Below are positions 8,741 to 18,610 of a stretch of DNA of 64,000 nucleotides, one piece after another. The stretch is from positions 117,049 to 181,048 of the forward strand of contig NZ_CANPVO010000038.1 in NCBI RefSeq assembly GCF_947581785.1, written 5' to 3'. Under the pieces are notes generated by a model. It saw only the letters and a program-made list of their open reading frames with translations. It ran no database searches and was not told the origin of the DNA. The translations under genes were made by a program, and so were the position numbers. Numbering within the stretch: the first letter of the stretch is position 1; each line of letters opens with the position of its first letter. The stretch comes from Candidatus Palauibacter polyketidifaciens. Lineage in GTDB: Bacteria; Gemmatimonadota; Gemmatimonadetes; Palauibacterales; Palauibacteraceae.

Positions 8741-9538
8741 TCAGAGATGCTCGGCGACGAGGTCCGGGAGGCCATCGGGGTTGTCCACGTGCAGCCAGTG
8801 GCCGCCGGCGAGTTCGTGAAGGTGTACCCGGCCATTGAGGGTCGCCGCCCGCAATCGCGCGCGATCGTCCGCCGAGAGGATGTCCGACTGGGCGGCTCGC
8901 ACGACGTGGATTTCCGACGGGGGGACGGGCGTCTCGATGACGTCCCAGAGGTCGCGCCTGAAGTAGTCGGCAAGCAGTTCTTCGGCCGCGTCGGGATCCA
9001 GGCGCCACCGATAGCCGGCTTCGACGAGGACGAGGTTCGTCGCCAGCCAGTGCGCGACGGGCGAGGCGAAACCCTCGGCCTCCACCGCGGACACGGCGTG
9101 AAGTCGCTTCGCGAAGGGCCCCGGGTGCCGGCGAATCACGTCCAGCAGCCGGGCGGCTCCGCCGCCGGGCGAGCGGCGGGAGGGGGTCGCGTCGATCACC
9201 CATGTCTGGCCCGGCGCCGCGGCTGCGGCCACCATCAGCGCCGCCTTGCCGCCGAAGGAGTGCCCGAGGACCGCGTCCACGGGCCGCTCGAGCGACTCCG
9301 AGAGTTCGAGCACGTCCTGCACGCACGCGGACAGCGTGTGCGGCGGCTCGAAGTGCGGAGAGTGCCCGTGCAGCCGCAGGTCCACGAGCACAGCTCCCCA
9401 CTCGGGGCGCCGGGCGACGAGCCGGCGGGCGAATGAAGCCCAGTTGCGGCCCGTGCCGTAGATGCCGTGCAGCACGTAGAGCCAGCGCCGGGAACCCGCC
9501 TCCGCGACGGTGTACTGATGCAGGAATGGTCGAGACAC
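8741..9538 (-). CDS. alpha/beta-fold hydrolase
   Basis: GHSFGG nucleophile elbow and overall alpha/beta-hydrolase layout. 265 aa. Confidence 0.75.
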   Translation of the reverse strand: MSRPFLHQYTVAEAGSRRWLYVLHGIYGTGRNWASFARRLVARRPEWGAVLVDLRLHGHSPHFEPPHTLSACVQDVLELSESLERPVDAVLGHSFGGKAALMVAAAAAPGQTWVIDATPSRRSPGGGAARLLDVIRRHPGPFAKRLHAVSAVEAEGFASPVAHWLATNLVLVEAGYRWRLDPDAAEELLADYFRRDLWDVIETPVPPSEIHVVRAAQSDILSADDRARLRAATLNGRVHLHELAGGHWLHVDNPDGLPDLVAEHL

Positions 9539-9558
9539 GGAACGAAAGGTAACGGATC

Positions 9559-10569
9559 TTGAAGAATCCGTCGGCGTTCGAGCCGGCGCCGGGGCTCCGG
9601 AACGCTCACCTGCAGACGGTGGTGGGGCGGATGGTGCGCCGGCGATTCGAGCCGCGGTACGAGCGGGTTCGGCTCGACACGGACGACGGAGATTTCATCG
9701 ATCTCGACCTGTGGCGGGGACCGGAGACCCCCACGGGCCTGTGCCTCCTTCTCCACGGACTCGAGGGCAGCGCGCGCTCCGGCTACATGGTGACGACGAG
9801 CGAGGCGCTGGCGGCCTCCGGCATCCAGGCGGTGGCGCTCAACTTCCGTTCGTGCAGCGGGGAGCCGAACCGTCTGCCGGGCGCCTACCACTCGGGTCGG
9901 ACGGATGACATCGAGCGCGCCCTGGACTGGATGGCGGTCCGTTTCCCGGGTCTCCCGCGAACCGCGGTGGGGTTCTCGCTGGGCGGGAACGCGCTCCTCA
10001 ACCTGCTGGGGCGGAAGGGCGGCGGCCGGGGTCTCGTCGCCGCGGCCGCCGTGTCGGTTCCGTACGACCTCGAGTCCAGCGCCGACGCCCTGCAGCGCGG
10101 GATGGGGCGCGTGTACGGCCGCCGTTTCCTCCGCAGCCTGCGGGAGAAGGCGCGCGAGAAGGCGGCGAGGTTTCCGGATGTGGTGGCGCCCGGGGCGGCA
10201 AGGGCGCGCACGATTCGCGAGTTCGACGACCGGCTCACGGCACCGATTCACGGCTTTCGCGACGCCGCCGACTACTATGCGCGCTGCAGCGCGAAGCGTT
10301 TCGTGGACCCCGTGGACCTTCCCATGCTTCTCGTCCACGCGCGCGATGATCCGCTCGCCCCCGCGAGTTCGGTACCCGTCGAAACGATCCGGAGACGCTC
10401 GAACCTCTCCCTTGAACTCACGGAGCGAGGAGGGCATCTCGGGTTCGTCGCGCGGGGACGCGGAGAGGGGCGGGCCGGCGCACGGACCGGCTGGCTGGAG
10501 GAGACGGTTTCCCGCTATATCTCGCGGGCCACGCACCGGGCAACGCATCCGGATTCCGGAGTGTTTTAG
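9559..10569 (+). CDS. YheT/ABHD-type alpha/beta hydrolase (COG0429-like)
   Basis: LLLHGLEGSARSGYM...GFSLGGNALLNLLG is the typical YheT-family architecture. 336 aa. Confidence 0.75.
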   Translation: MKNPSAFEPAPGLRNAHLQTVVGRMVRRRFEPRYERVRLDTDDGDFIDLDLWRGPETPTGLCLLLHGLEGSARSGYMVTTSEALAASGIQAVALNFRSCSGEPNRLPGAYHSGRTDDIERALDWMAVRFPGLPRTAVGFSLGGNALLNLLGRKGGGRGLVAAAAVSVPYDLESSADALQRGMGRVYGRRFLRSLREKAREKAARFPDVVAPGAARARTIREFDDRLTAPIHGFRDAADYYARCSAKRFVDPVDLPMLLVHARDDPLAPASSVPVETIRRRSNLSLELTERGGHLGFVARGRGEGRAGARTGWLEETVSRYISRATHRATHPDSGVF

Positions 10570-10617
10570 ATGGTTTGTACGACTATTGTCCGCAGCCTTC
10601 AGGATGGGAGTCATTTC

Positions 10618-13017
10618 ATGCGCGGATTTTCACGAGTCGCGGCCCTTGGGGCCGCCTTCGCCTGCCTGGCCACGCCAGTCACGGGACAGGGTTTCGGACG
10701 CGGCCCCGCCGTCGCGGTCTCCTCCGGCCAGGTCCTCATCGCCGAGAGCGGCGGCCCGACTTCGACGGGAGCCGTCTACGTGTACGAGCGAGGTCCGGAT
10801 GGATGGGCCGTCTCCGCGGAACTTGCGCCCTACGCGGCGGAAGAGGGCGGCCGGTTCGGGATTTCGCTCGCGGTCGACGGCGACCGCATGCTCGTCGGCT
10901 CACCCGGCGCGGCCCACGTGTTCGAGCGGAGCGATGGAGGTTGGGAGGAAGTCGCGACGCTGACGCCGGCCGACCTGCCGGAAGGCAACGTCTTCGGTGC
11001 CGGCGGGGCGATCGCGGGCGACCTTGCGATGGTGGCCGCGACCGGTCAGGGGGGCCGCGGGAGACCCGGTGTCGCCGGCCGCGTCCATTTCTTCGAGTGG
11101 GACGGCTCCGCCTGGAATGAAGCCGGAATCGTCGAATCCCCCGAGGCGGCCGCCGGGGACGGCTTCGGCGCCGCGATGATCACCGATGGCCGGGTGGCGG
11201 CGATCGGTGCTCCCGGGACCGCCGTGGGCAATACGAACGGCGCCGGTGCGGTCTTCTTCTTCACCCGGGCCGATGACGGGACGTGGACGGCGGCGCCGGA
11301 ACCGCTCACGGCCCCGGAAGCGGGCGCGAACGCGGGCTTCGGAGGCGTCCTGCACGGCGAGGACACCGAGGACGGCTTCCGGCTCGTCGTCGGAGCCCCC
11401 GGTGCCGGGGGCGTGGGCATCGCCTACACCTTCACTCCCGATGGCGATGCCTGGAGGCCCGAAGGCCGGCTCTATCCGCCGGTCGTAGCCGGGGACGGCC
11501 GGTCCTTCGGCGGGAACTTCGCCAACGCCTTCGCGGCCGTGGGCGGAGAGATCTGGATCGGCGGGTCCGGCTCCGGCGCGGGCCGCGAGGGGCGGGTGCT
11601 TCGCTACTCGACCGACCCGGCTGGCGGCGTGGAGCTCGCCGGCGCGGTCTCCGCCTCGAACCGGGCCGCGGGCGACGGCTTCGGCGGCAGCCTCGCCGCG
11701 GAGGGCGGCGTCGCGGTCGTCGCGGCGAGCCGCAAGGACTACGGGATGGGGACCGCCTACATCTTCGAGCGGCAGGGCGACGAGTGGGTCGAAACCGCCG
11801 AGGTGTGGAGCGACGCGACGAACTACGCGGCGATCAACGGTCACGAGGTGGGCTGCGAGGAAGGGGTGTCGGCCGACTTCGACTGCAGCGAGGTGAACAT
11901 CCTCTCCTTCATGCCGGTGCAGTCGCTCGGGGCGAACCGCGGCGTCCGCGTCAACGACGTGTGGGGATGGACCGATCCGCAGACCGGTCGCGAGTACGCC
12001 CTCGTTGGGCTCACCGACCAGGCTTCGTTCATCGACATCACCGACTCGCAGAACCCGCGCTACATCGGGCGTCTTCCGATGACGGAGGGCGCGCGGGGCA
12101 GCGTGTGGCGCGACATCAAGGTCTTCAGGGATCATGCCTTCATCGTTTCCGATGGGGCGGGCGACCACGGGATGCAGGTGTTCGACCTCTCGCGCCTGCG
12201 CGACGTGGGGAGCGAGCCGGTCACCTTCGAGGCGGACGCCCACTACGATGGGATCGCGTCCGCGCACAACATCGTGATCAACGAGGAGACGGGCTTCGCC
12301 TACAGCGTGGGATCGAGCGGCGGCGGTGAGACGTGCGGCGGCGGCCTCCACATGATCGATATCAGCGAGCCGACGGAGCCGAACTTCGCAGGCTGCTTCG
12401 GGCACGAGGGCACGGGGCGTCGCGGCACCGGGTACTCGCACGACGCGCTCTGCCTCATCTATGACGGCCCGGACCGCGAGCACGCCGGCAAGGAGATCTG
12501 CTTCGGATCGAACGAGACGGACGTCTCGATCGCCGACGTCACCGACAAGGACAATCCGATCCCCCTGTCGACGGCCACGTACGCGAACGTCGCCTACGCC
12601 CACCAGGGCTGGGTGACGGAAGATCACCGTTTCTTCTACCTGGGAGACGAACTCGACGAACTGAGGACGCAGTTCTCGGGTACGCGGACGATGATCTTCG
12701 ACATCACCGACCTCGACGACCCCGTCCTCGTGAAGGAGCACTTCGGCGAGTCGACGGCGAGCGACCACAACATGTACGTGCTCGGCGACCTGCTCTATCA
12801 GTCGAACTACAACAGCGGACTCCGGATCCTGAACGTGAGCGACCCGGAGAATCCGATCGAAGTCGGCTTCCTCGACACCGTGCCCCATGCGGAGGGCCCC
12901 GCGATGGGCGGCTCGTGGAGCAACTATCCGTACTTCGCGAGCGGGACGATCATCGTGACGAGCGGGAGCGAAGGCCTGTTCATGGTGAAGTACCAGAAGC
13001 CGGAGCTCGTTCCGTAA
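10618..13017 (+). CDS. secreted two-propeller protein: N-terminal FG-GAP-like repeats plus C-terminal LVIVD / choice-of-anchor-B-like beta-propeller (paralog A)
   Basis: Signal peptide (MRGFSRVAALGAAFACLATPVTG). Repeated G-aVYVYERGPDGW-type blades occur about 7 times. The C-terminal NDVWGWTDPQTGREYALVGLTDQASFIDITD...GMQVFDLSRLRD block is LVIVD-like. Paralogous to 16096..18564. Confidence 0.7.
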   Translation: MRGFSRVAALGAAFACLATPVTGQGFGRGPAVAVSSGQVLIAESGGPTSTGAVYVYERGPDGWAVSAELAPYAAEEGGRFGISLAVDGDRMLVGSPGAAHVFERSDGGWEEVATLTPADLPEGNVFGAGGAIAGDLAMVAATGQGGRGRPGVAGRVHFFEWDGSAWNEAGIVESPEAAAGDGFGAAMITDGRVAAIGAPGTAVGNTNGAGAVFFFTRADDGTWTAAPEPLTAPEAGANAGFGGVLHGEDTEDGFRLVVGAPGAGGVGIAYTFTPDGDAWRPEGRLYPPVVAGDGRSFGGNFANAFAAVGGEIWIGGSGSGAGREGRVLRYSTDPAGGVELAGAVSASNRAAGDGFGGSLAAEGGVAVVAASRKDYGMGTAYIFERQGDEWVETAEVWSDATNYAAINGHEVGCEEGVSADFDCSEVNILSFMPVQSLGANRGVRVNDVWGWTDPQTGREYALVGLTDQASFIDITDSQNPRYIGRLPMTEGARGSVWRDIKVFRDHAFIVSDGAGDHGMQVFDLSRLRDVGSEPVTFEADAHYDGIASAHNIVINEETGFAYSVGSSGGGETCGGGLHMIDISEPTEPNFAGCFGHEGTGRRGTGYSHDALCLIYDGPDREHAGKEICFGSNETDVSIADVTDKDNPIPLSTATYANVAYAHQGWVTEDHRFFYLGDELDELRTQFSGTRTMIFDITDLDDPVLVKEHFGESTASDHNMYVLGDLLYQSNYNSGLRILNVSDPENPIEVGFLDTVPHAEGPAMGGSWSNYPYFASGTIIVTSGSEGLFMVKYQKPELVP

Positions 13018-14144
13018 TGGAGATCGCAGCGCTCTTGCCACGAGTAGCCGCCGCCGCGCGGTCCGGCCTCCTCGCCCTGGGACTGGTCGGACTCGTGGCG
13101 GTGCGGGCCGCCGCGGCGGCGGACGTGACCGCCGCCTCCGCCGAAGGCCCGTTCCTCTACGTGGCGAACCAGGAGGCGGCCGCCGTGACCGTTATCGACC
13201 TCGAGACGCACGAGGTCGTCGAGGTCATCGACCTGGAGGCCATGGGGTACGGGGCGAACGCGAAGCCGCACCACGTTGCGGTCGAGCCGGACGGATCGTT
13301 CTGGTATGTGTCGCTCATCGCGGCCAATCAGGTGCTCAAGTTCGACCGCGACAACGAACTCGTCGCCTCCGTCGAGTTCGAGCGGCCGGGCCTCCTCGCG
13401 CTCCACCCCTCGGAGCCGTGGCTCTTCGTGGGGCGGTCGATGGCCGCGGTGAACCCGCCGCAGCGCATCGGCCGCATCGACCGGATGTCGATGGAGGTCG
13501 AGGAATACGACGTCTTCATCCCGCGTCCGCACGCGCTGCTGGCGAGCCCCGACGGCGGGTGGGTCTACGCGGGCAGCCTGGGAGAGAACTCCGTCGTCAC
13601 GGTCGAAGCGGAGAGCGGCGAGGCGGAGTTGCTCAGGCTTCCCGGTTCCGGGGCGATGCCCCACGTCCTCGTGCAATACGCGATCTCCCCGGACGGCGAG
13701 ACGCTCGTCGCAACCGCCGAGATGACCGCCAAGCTCCTCGTATTCGACGTCACGGAGCCGGCGGCGCCGAAGCTCGTGGGGGAGCTGGACGTCGGTGCGC
13801 GGCCGTGGCACCCGAGCTGGTCGGCGGACGGGCGCTGGATCTGGTTCGGCAACCTGGGCGCGAACGAGGTCACGCTGGTCGACACGTCCGACTGGTCCGT
13901 GGCCGCCGTGATTCGGGGCGAAGGCCTCGCCGAACCGCACGGCAGCGTGCTCTCGCCGGACGGATCCCGACTGTACGTGGCGAACCGGAACGAGACCGGG
14001 TCCTACGAGTCGTCGGACCGGATGGGATACGACGCTCCCGGCGGCACGGTCGTCGTCATCGACACCGCGACCCGGGAGATCGTCGACGTCATCGAGACAC
14101 CGCCCTACGCGTCGGGCATCGGTCTCGCCTCCAGCCCGCGCTGA
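13017..14144 (+). CDS. YVTN-family beta-propeller repeat protein (secreted)
   Basis: The start ATG overlaps the upstream TAA (TAATG). Signal peptide present. Repeats of the LYVANxxxxxVTVID type. 375 aa. Confidence 0.7.
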   Translation: MEIAALLPRVAAAARSGLLALGLVGLVAVRAAAAADVTAASAEGPFLYVANQEAAAVTVIDLETHEVVEVIDLEAMGYGANAKPHHVAVEPDGSFWYVSLIAANQVLKFDRDNELVASVEFERPGLLALHPSEPWLFVGRSMAAVNPPQRIGRIDRMSMEVEEYDVFIPRPHALLASPDGGWVYAGSLGENSVVTVEAESGEAELLRLPGSGAMPHVLVQYAISPDGETLVATAEMTAKLLVFDVTEPAAPKLVGELDVGARPWHPSWSADGRWIWFGNLGANEVTLVDTSDWSVAAVIRGEGLAEPHGSVLSPDGSRLYVANRNETGSYESSDRMGYDAPGGTVVVIDTATREIVDVIETPPYASGIGLASSPR

Positions 14145-14157
14145 GAGCCCCGGCGAC

Positions 14158-16080
14158 GTGAGCCGCATGGCCGCACCCCGGAACCGGCAGGCCGCGCCGG
14201 CCGCGCTGACGGCGGCGCTCCTCGCGGCGGGATGCGCCTCGGGCGGCGTCGGCCCGGGCGAGCTGGCGCCGGAGCGCGCAGCCGACGACGAAAGCGGATT
14301 CGTCCGCACCGTCACCCCCTTTCCGGTGTTCGACCAGTCGGGGAACGCGTACGAAATCCCCTTCCTCGGCGGCTTCAACGTCCCCCGCCCGCAGTGGGTG
14401 GATATCGACGGAGATGGAGACCTCGACCTCTTCGTGCAGGAGACGACGGACCGTCTGCTGTTCTTCGAGCGCGAAGACACGCCGGACGGACGGCGCCATA
14501 CCTGGCGGCCGGCTGCGTACTCGGATCTCGAGGTCGGAGAGTGGTTCCGCTTCGTGGATGTCGACGCCGACGGCGACCGGGACCTCCTCGCGGAGTCCCC
14601 CTTCAGCTACATGAAGCTGTACAGGAACACGGGCACCGCCGGCGGGGCCGTATTCGAACTCATCGCGGACACGCTTCGCGACACGCGCGGGGAGGCGATC
14701 TTCTCTGATCGACAGAACATCCCCAATGCGGCGGACATCGACTGCGACGGCCGCCTCGACCTCTTCATCGGCCGCCTGGTGGGGACGGTCACGCGCTACG
14801 AGGCGACGGGCGCGATCGGCGCGAACGCCTCGCCCTTCCGGCACATCACGGACCGCTTCGAGGACATCGAGATCGTCGCCGACCCGGCGGCGGCCGGGGG
14901 CGTGCCGCCCTTCGATGGCCCGGACGCGGGCGGGCCCTTCCCCACCCTGCACGGGGCGAACACGATGGCGCTCGCCGACTACGACGCGGACGGCGACACG
15001 GACATGTTCTGGGGCGACTTTTTCGAGGCCGGGCTCCTCCTGATCGAGAACGCGGGCTCGTGCGAGGCTCCGAACCTCCGCGTGGAGCCGCGTCCCTTCC
15101 CCCTCGACGATCCGATCCGGACGAGCGGCTACAATGCCCCGACCTTCGGCGACTACGACGGCGACGGCGACCTCGACCTGCTCATGGGCGTGCTCGGCGG
15201 CGCCTACAACGCGAACACGACGACCGCCGACAACCTCATGCTCTTCTCGCAGGAGTCCGATGGCGGCTTCGAGCTTCGCACGCGCCGCTTCATCTCGCAG
15301 ATCGATGTGGGCAGCGAGAGCGTGGCCTCGCTTGTGGATCTCGACGGGGACGGCGACCTCGACCTCCTGCTCGGCAACAAGATCGACCCCGGGGATCTGT
15401 CGAACTCGCGCGTCTTCCTGTTCGAGAACGAGGGAAGCGCGACGCGGCCGGCCTTCCGCCGGACGGGCGAGTTCGAGCTGCCGGGCGCCTACCACAACGC
15501 GCCGGCCTTCGGCGACCTGGACGCGGATGGCGACCTCGACCTGCTGCTCGGCACCTGGCGCGACGAGATCCGCTACGTGCGGAACGAGGGCTCGGCCACG
15601 GAGCCCCGCCTCACGCTGGTGGACTCGGCGTTCGTCGAGATCACGCGCGGGAGCAACGCGACGCCCGCGCTCGGCGACCTCGATGGCGATGGAGATCTCG
15701 ACCTCATGATCGGGGAGTCCTCGGGAGCGCTGAACTACTACGAGAACGTCGGCTCCGCCTCGGAGCCGAGCTTCGAATTCGTGAGCGACGAATACGCGGA
15801 GATCGACATCGGCCGGCGGAGCTTCCCCAAGCTCCTCGACCACGACGGGGACGGCGACCTCGACCTCGTCGTCGGTACGGAGTCCGACGGGATCCGCTAC
15901 TTCCGGAACGATGGGAGTCCCGCGGCCCCGAACTTTGTCGAAGCCGACGGCGGCTTCCCCGCCGCCGAGGATCTGCCGCTGTTCGCGACGCCGGAGTTCG
16001 GGGATCTGGACGGGGACGGCGACCTCGACCTCGTCGTCGGCGCCGCCGGGGGCGGCATCTATTACTTCGAACGACGTTGA
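14158..16080 (+). CDS. FG-GAP/VCBS-repeat (ASPIC/UnbV-like) lipoprotein
   Basis: Lipobox LLAAGCASG. More than 10 copies of DxDGDGDLDL Ca-binding FG-GAP/VCBS motifs. 640 aa. Confidence 0.7.
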   Translation: MSRMAAPRNRQAAPAALTAALLAAGCASGGVGPGELAPERAADDESGFVRTVTPFPVFDQSGNAYEIPFLGGFNVPRPQWVDIDGDGDLDLFVQETTDRLLFFEREDTPDGRRHTWRPAAYSDLEVGEWFRFVDVDADGDRDLLAESPFSYMKLYRNTGTAGGAVFELIADTLRDTRGEAIFSDRQNIPNAADIDCDGRLDLFIGRLVGTVTRYEATGAIGANASPFRHITDRFEDIEIVADPAAAGGVPPFDGPDAGGPFPTLHGANTMALADYDADGDTDMFWGDFFEAGLLLIENAGSCEAPNLRVEPRPFPLDDPIRTSGYNAPTFGDYDGDGDLDLLMGVLGGAYNANTTTADNLMLFSQESDGGFELRTRRFISQIDVGSESVASLVDLDGDGDLDLLLGNKIDPGDLSNSRVFLFENEGSATRPAFRRTGEFELPGAYHNAPAFGDLDADGDLDLLLGTWRDEIRYVRNEGSATEPRLTLVDSAFVEITRGSNATPALGDLDGDGDLDLMIGESSGALNYYENVGSASEPSFEFVSDEYAEIDIGRRSFPKLLDHDGDGDLDLVVGTESDGIRYFRNDGSPAAPNFVEADGGFPAAEDLPLFATPEFGDLDGDGDLDLVVGAAGGGIYYFERR

Positions 16081-16095
16081 ATCCCGCAGGAAAGG

Positions 16096-18564
16096 ATGTA
16101 CCTGATGAATAGAACACGGAGCTTCTTCGCCACGGCCGTCTGCGGACTGCTGTTCGTGCCCGCGGCCGACGCGCAGCAGTTCGGCGAGACCGTCGTGCTC
16201 AGCGAGAGCCGGATCATCGTCAGCGAGCCCATCGATCCGAGTGCGGCACCCGCCGAGTCGACGCCGCGCTCGCTGTACGTCTACGAACGCGGCGACGGTG
16301 GCTGGGCGCAGACCGGGACGCTTCGCGCCCCCGAGCACGACGGTCCCGACTACTTCGGCCGCTTCGTCGTCGCCGACGGCGACCGGCTGCTCGTGGGGGC
16401 GACGGCGCTCGACGAGGACGGCGACGGCGAGAGCGACGGCAGCGTGCTCGTCTTCAGCAAGACCGGGGACGGTTGGGAATTCGAGCGCTACCTGCGCCCC
16501 GCAAGCGTGCCGCTCGGGTCTTCCTTCGGTCGCTTCGCGGCGCTGGCGGGCGACCTTCTCGTGGTGACGGCCCTCGGCTACGAGGGGACCGGCGGCGCCT
16601 GGGTATTCGAACGCGGCGCCGGCGGCGATTGGGTCGAGCAGGGGATCCTGACGCCGTCGGATCCCGATCCGCAGCAGGAGTTTTTCGGCTGGGGCGCGCA
16701 CACCGACGGAGAGCGCGTCATCGTCGGCGCCTTCGCCGGCCCGCAGCTTCCCGGCGCCGCGTACGTGTTCGGGCGCGACGCGGGCGGCGCGTGGGTGCAG
16801 GAGGCTCGGCTCGGGCTCACAGGGGACGAGGCCCAGCCCGGCGCCGCGATCGCACTCGACCGCGCCCCCACGATCTCGGTCGGCGTCGATGGAGACCACG
16901 CGATGCTGGGCCTCCCCGGGCTGGACGAGGGGGCGGGCGCGGTCCTCCTCTACGAGCGGCGCTCCTCGGGCGACTGGGTGCGGAACGGATCGCTGGCGGC
17001 GTTCGACCGCCAGCCCGGCGCCGGGTTCGGCGCAACCTTCACGGCGCACGACGGGGAACTCTGGGTCGCCGCCCCCGGCGCGGACCTGTTCGGCGCCATC
17101 TACGCCTTCGACTGGGATGCCGAGGCGAGGCGTTTCGGCTCCGCGAGCAAGATCAACGCGGGCGCGAGCACCGATGCGGGCGACGGGTTCGGAATCTCCG
17201 TCTCCGCGGCGGGTGACCTGGCGGTCGTCGGACAGCCGTGGGACGACGGGTCGATGGGGTCGGCGGTCGTGCTCGAGCGCCGGGACGGGCGCTGGGCCGA
17301 GACGGCGAAGATCTTCATCCCCGAGGAACGCCGTCCGCTGGCGACGCTCGCCGAGGTGGAGTGCGGCGAGGACGGCATGGCCGACCAGTTCACCTGCGAC
17401 CAGGTCGACGTGATCTCGTTTCTGCCTCTCGACCGGATCGGGGGAACGGACCGCGGCATCGAGACGAACGACGTCTGGGGCTGGACCGATCCCGTGACGG
17501 GCCGCGAGTACGCGATCGTCGGCCGCACGGACGGCACGGCGTTCATCGACATCTCCAACCCGGAAGCGCCCGCGTATCTGGGCAGTCTGCCGAAGACGCC
17601 CGGGTCGATCACCAATTCGTGGCGCGACATCAAGGTGTACGCGGACCACGCGTTCGTCGTCGCCGACGGCGCGGGCCGGCACGGGATGCAGGTGTTCGAT
17701 CTCACGCGGCTCCGCGACGTGCGCAACGCGCCCGTCGAGTTCGACGCCGATGCCCTGTACGACGGGATCGCGAGTTCCCACAACATCGTGATCAACGAGG
17801 AGACCGGAACCGCGTACAGCGTGGGGTCGAACGGGGGCGGCGAGACGTGCGGCGGCGGTCTTCACATGATCGACGTCCGCGAACCGAAGGATCCCCGCTT
17901 CATCGGCTGCTTCGCCGACGACGGGTCGCGATACCAGGGCCGGGGGTACACGCACGACGCGCAGTGCGTGAACTACCGGGGACCCGATGCGGAGCACCTG
18001 GGCAAGGAGATCTGCTTCGGAGCCAACGAGAGCTATCTCTCCATCGCCGACGTGACCGATCCCGAGAATCCGGTCTCGCTCGCGACCCAGAACTACGCGG
18101 CCGTCGCATACGCGCATCAGGGCTGGCTCACCGAAGACCACCGATACTTCTACCAGAACGACGAAGGCGACGAGATGGCGTCGGTCAACGCGGCACAACA
18201 GGCCGGGACCGAGCCGGACATGCGGGGCACGCGCACGCTCGTCTGGGACGTGTCGGATCTCGATGACCCGGTGCTGGTCGGCGAACACTTCGGGGAGACG
18301 TTCACGATCGACCACAACCTCTACATCGTCGGCGATCTCATGTACCAGTCGAACTACGTGAGCGGGCTTCGCGTACTCGACATCAGCGACCGCGAGAACC
18401 CGCGCGAGGTCGGCTTCTTCGACACGGTGCCGTGGGACGAGTCCGTCACTTTCGACGGCTCGTGGTCGAACTACCCGTTCTTCGCGAGCGGGACGATCGT
18501 CGTGTCGAGCGGCAAGGAAGGCGTGTTCTTCCTCAAGTACCGCCGTCCGGAACTCGTGCCCTGA
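16096..18564 (+). CDS. secreted two-propeller protein: FG-GAP-like N-terminus plus LVIVD/choice-of-anchor-B-like C-terminus (paralog B)
   Basis: Signal peptide (FFATAVCGLLFVPAADA). Same architecture as 10618..13017, with near-identical C-terminal blocks (NDVWGWTDPVTGREYAIVGRTDGTAFIDIS; GMQVFDLTRLRDV; SGLRVLDISD). Confidence 0.7.
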   Translation: MYLMNRTRSFFATAVCGLLFVPAADAQQFGETVVLSESRIIVSEPIDPSAAPAESTPRSLYVYERGDGGWAQTGTLRAPEHDGPDYFGRFVVADGDRLLVGATALDEDGDGESDGSVLVFSKTGDGWEFERYLRPASVPLGSSFGRFAALAGDLLVVTALGYEGTGGAWVFERGAGGDWVEQGILTPSDPDPQQEFFGWGAHTDGERVIVGAFAGPQLPGAAYVFGRDAGGAWVQEARLGLTGDEAQPGAAIALDRAPTISVGVDGDHAMLGLPGLDEGAGAVLLYERRSSGDWVRNGSLAAFDRQPGAGFGATFTAHDGELWVAAPGADLFGAIYAFDWDAEARRFGSASKINAGASTDAGDGFGISVSAAGDLAVVGQPWDDGSMGSAVVLERRDGRWAETAKIFIPEERRPLATLAEVECGEDGMADQFTCDQVDVISFLPLDRIGGTDRGIETNDVWGWTDPVTGREYAIVGRTDGTAFIDISNPEAPAYLGSLPKTPGSITNSWRDIKVYADHAFVVADGAGRHGMQVFDLTRLRDVRNAPVEFDADALYDGIASSHNIVINEETGTAYSVGSNGGGETCGGGLHMIDVREPKDPRFIGCFADDGSRYQGRGYTHDAQCVNYRGPDAEHLGKEICFGANESYLSIADVTDPENPVSLATQNYAAVAYAHQGWLTEDHRYFYQNDEGDEMASVNAAQQAGTEPDMRGTRTLVWDVSDLDDPVLVGEHFGETFTIDHNLYIVGDLMYQSNYVSGLRVLDISDRENPREVGFFDTVPWDESVTFDGSWSNYPFFASGTIVVSSGKEGVFFLKYRRPELVP

Positions 18565-18579
18565 GGCGCTCGGGTCGCC

Positions 18580-18610
18580 TGCCGTCAGTGGCCACCCGGC
18601 TACTGACGGC
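18580..18610 (+). other. stem-loop GCCGTCAGT-N12-ACTGACGGC between paralog B and the next gene, overlapping its GTG start
   Basis: A 9-bp perfect inverted repeat read directly. No following T-tract. Confidence 0.35.

Noticed and set aside
7593-9436. Overlapping ~600-aa ORFs on both strands (7593..9401 - and 7658..9436 +)
   Set aside because: Extremely Arg-rich, no domains. They overlap the alpha/beta hydrolase (GHSFGG) and PilX-N-like calls, so they are treated as shadows.
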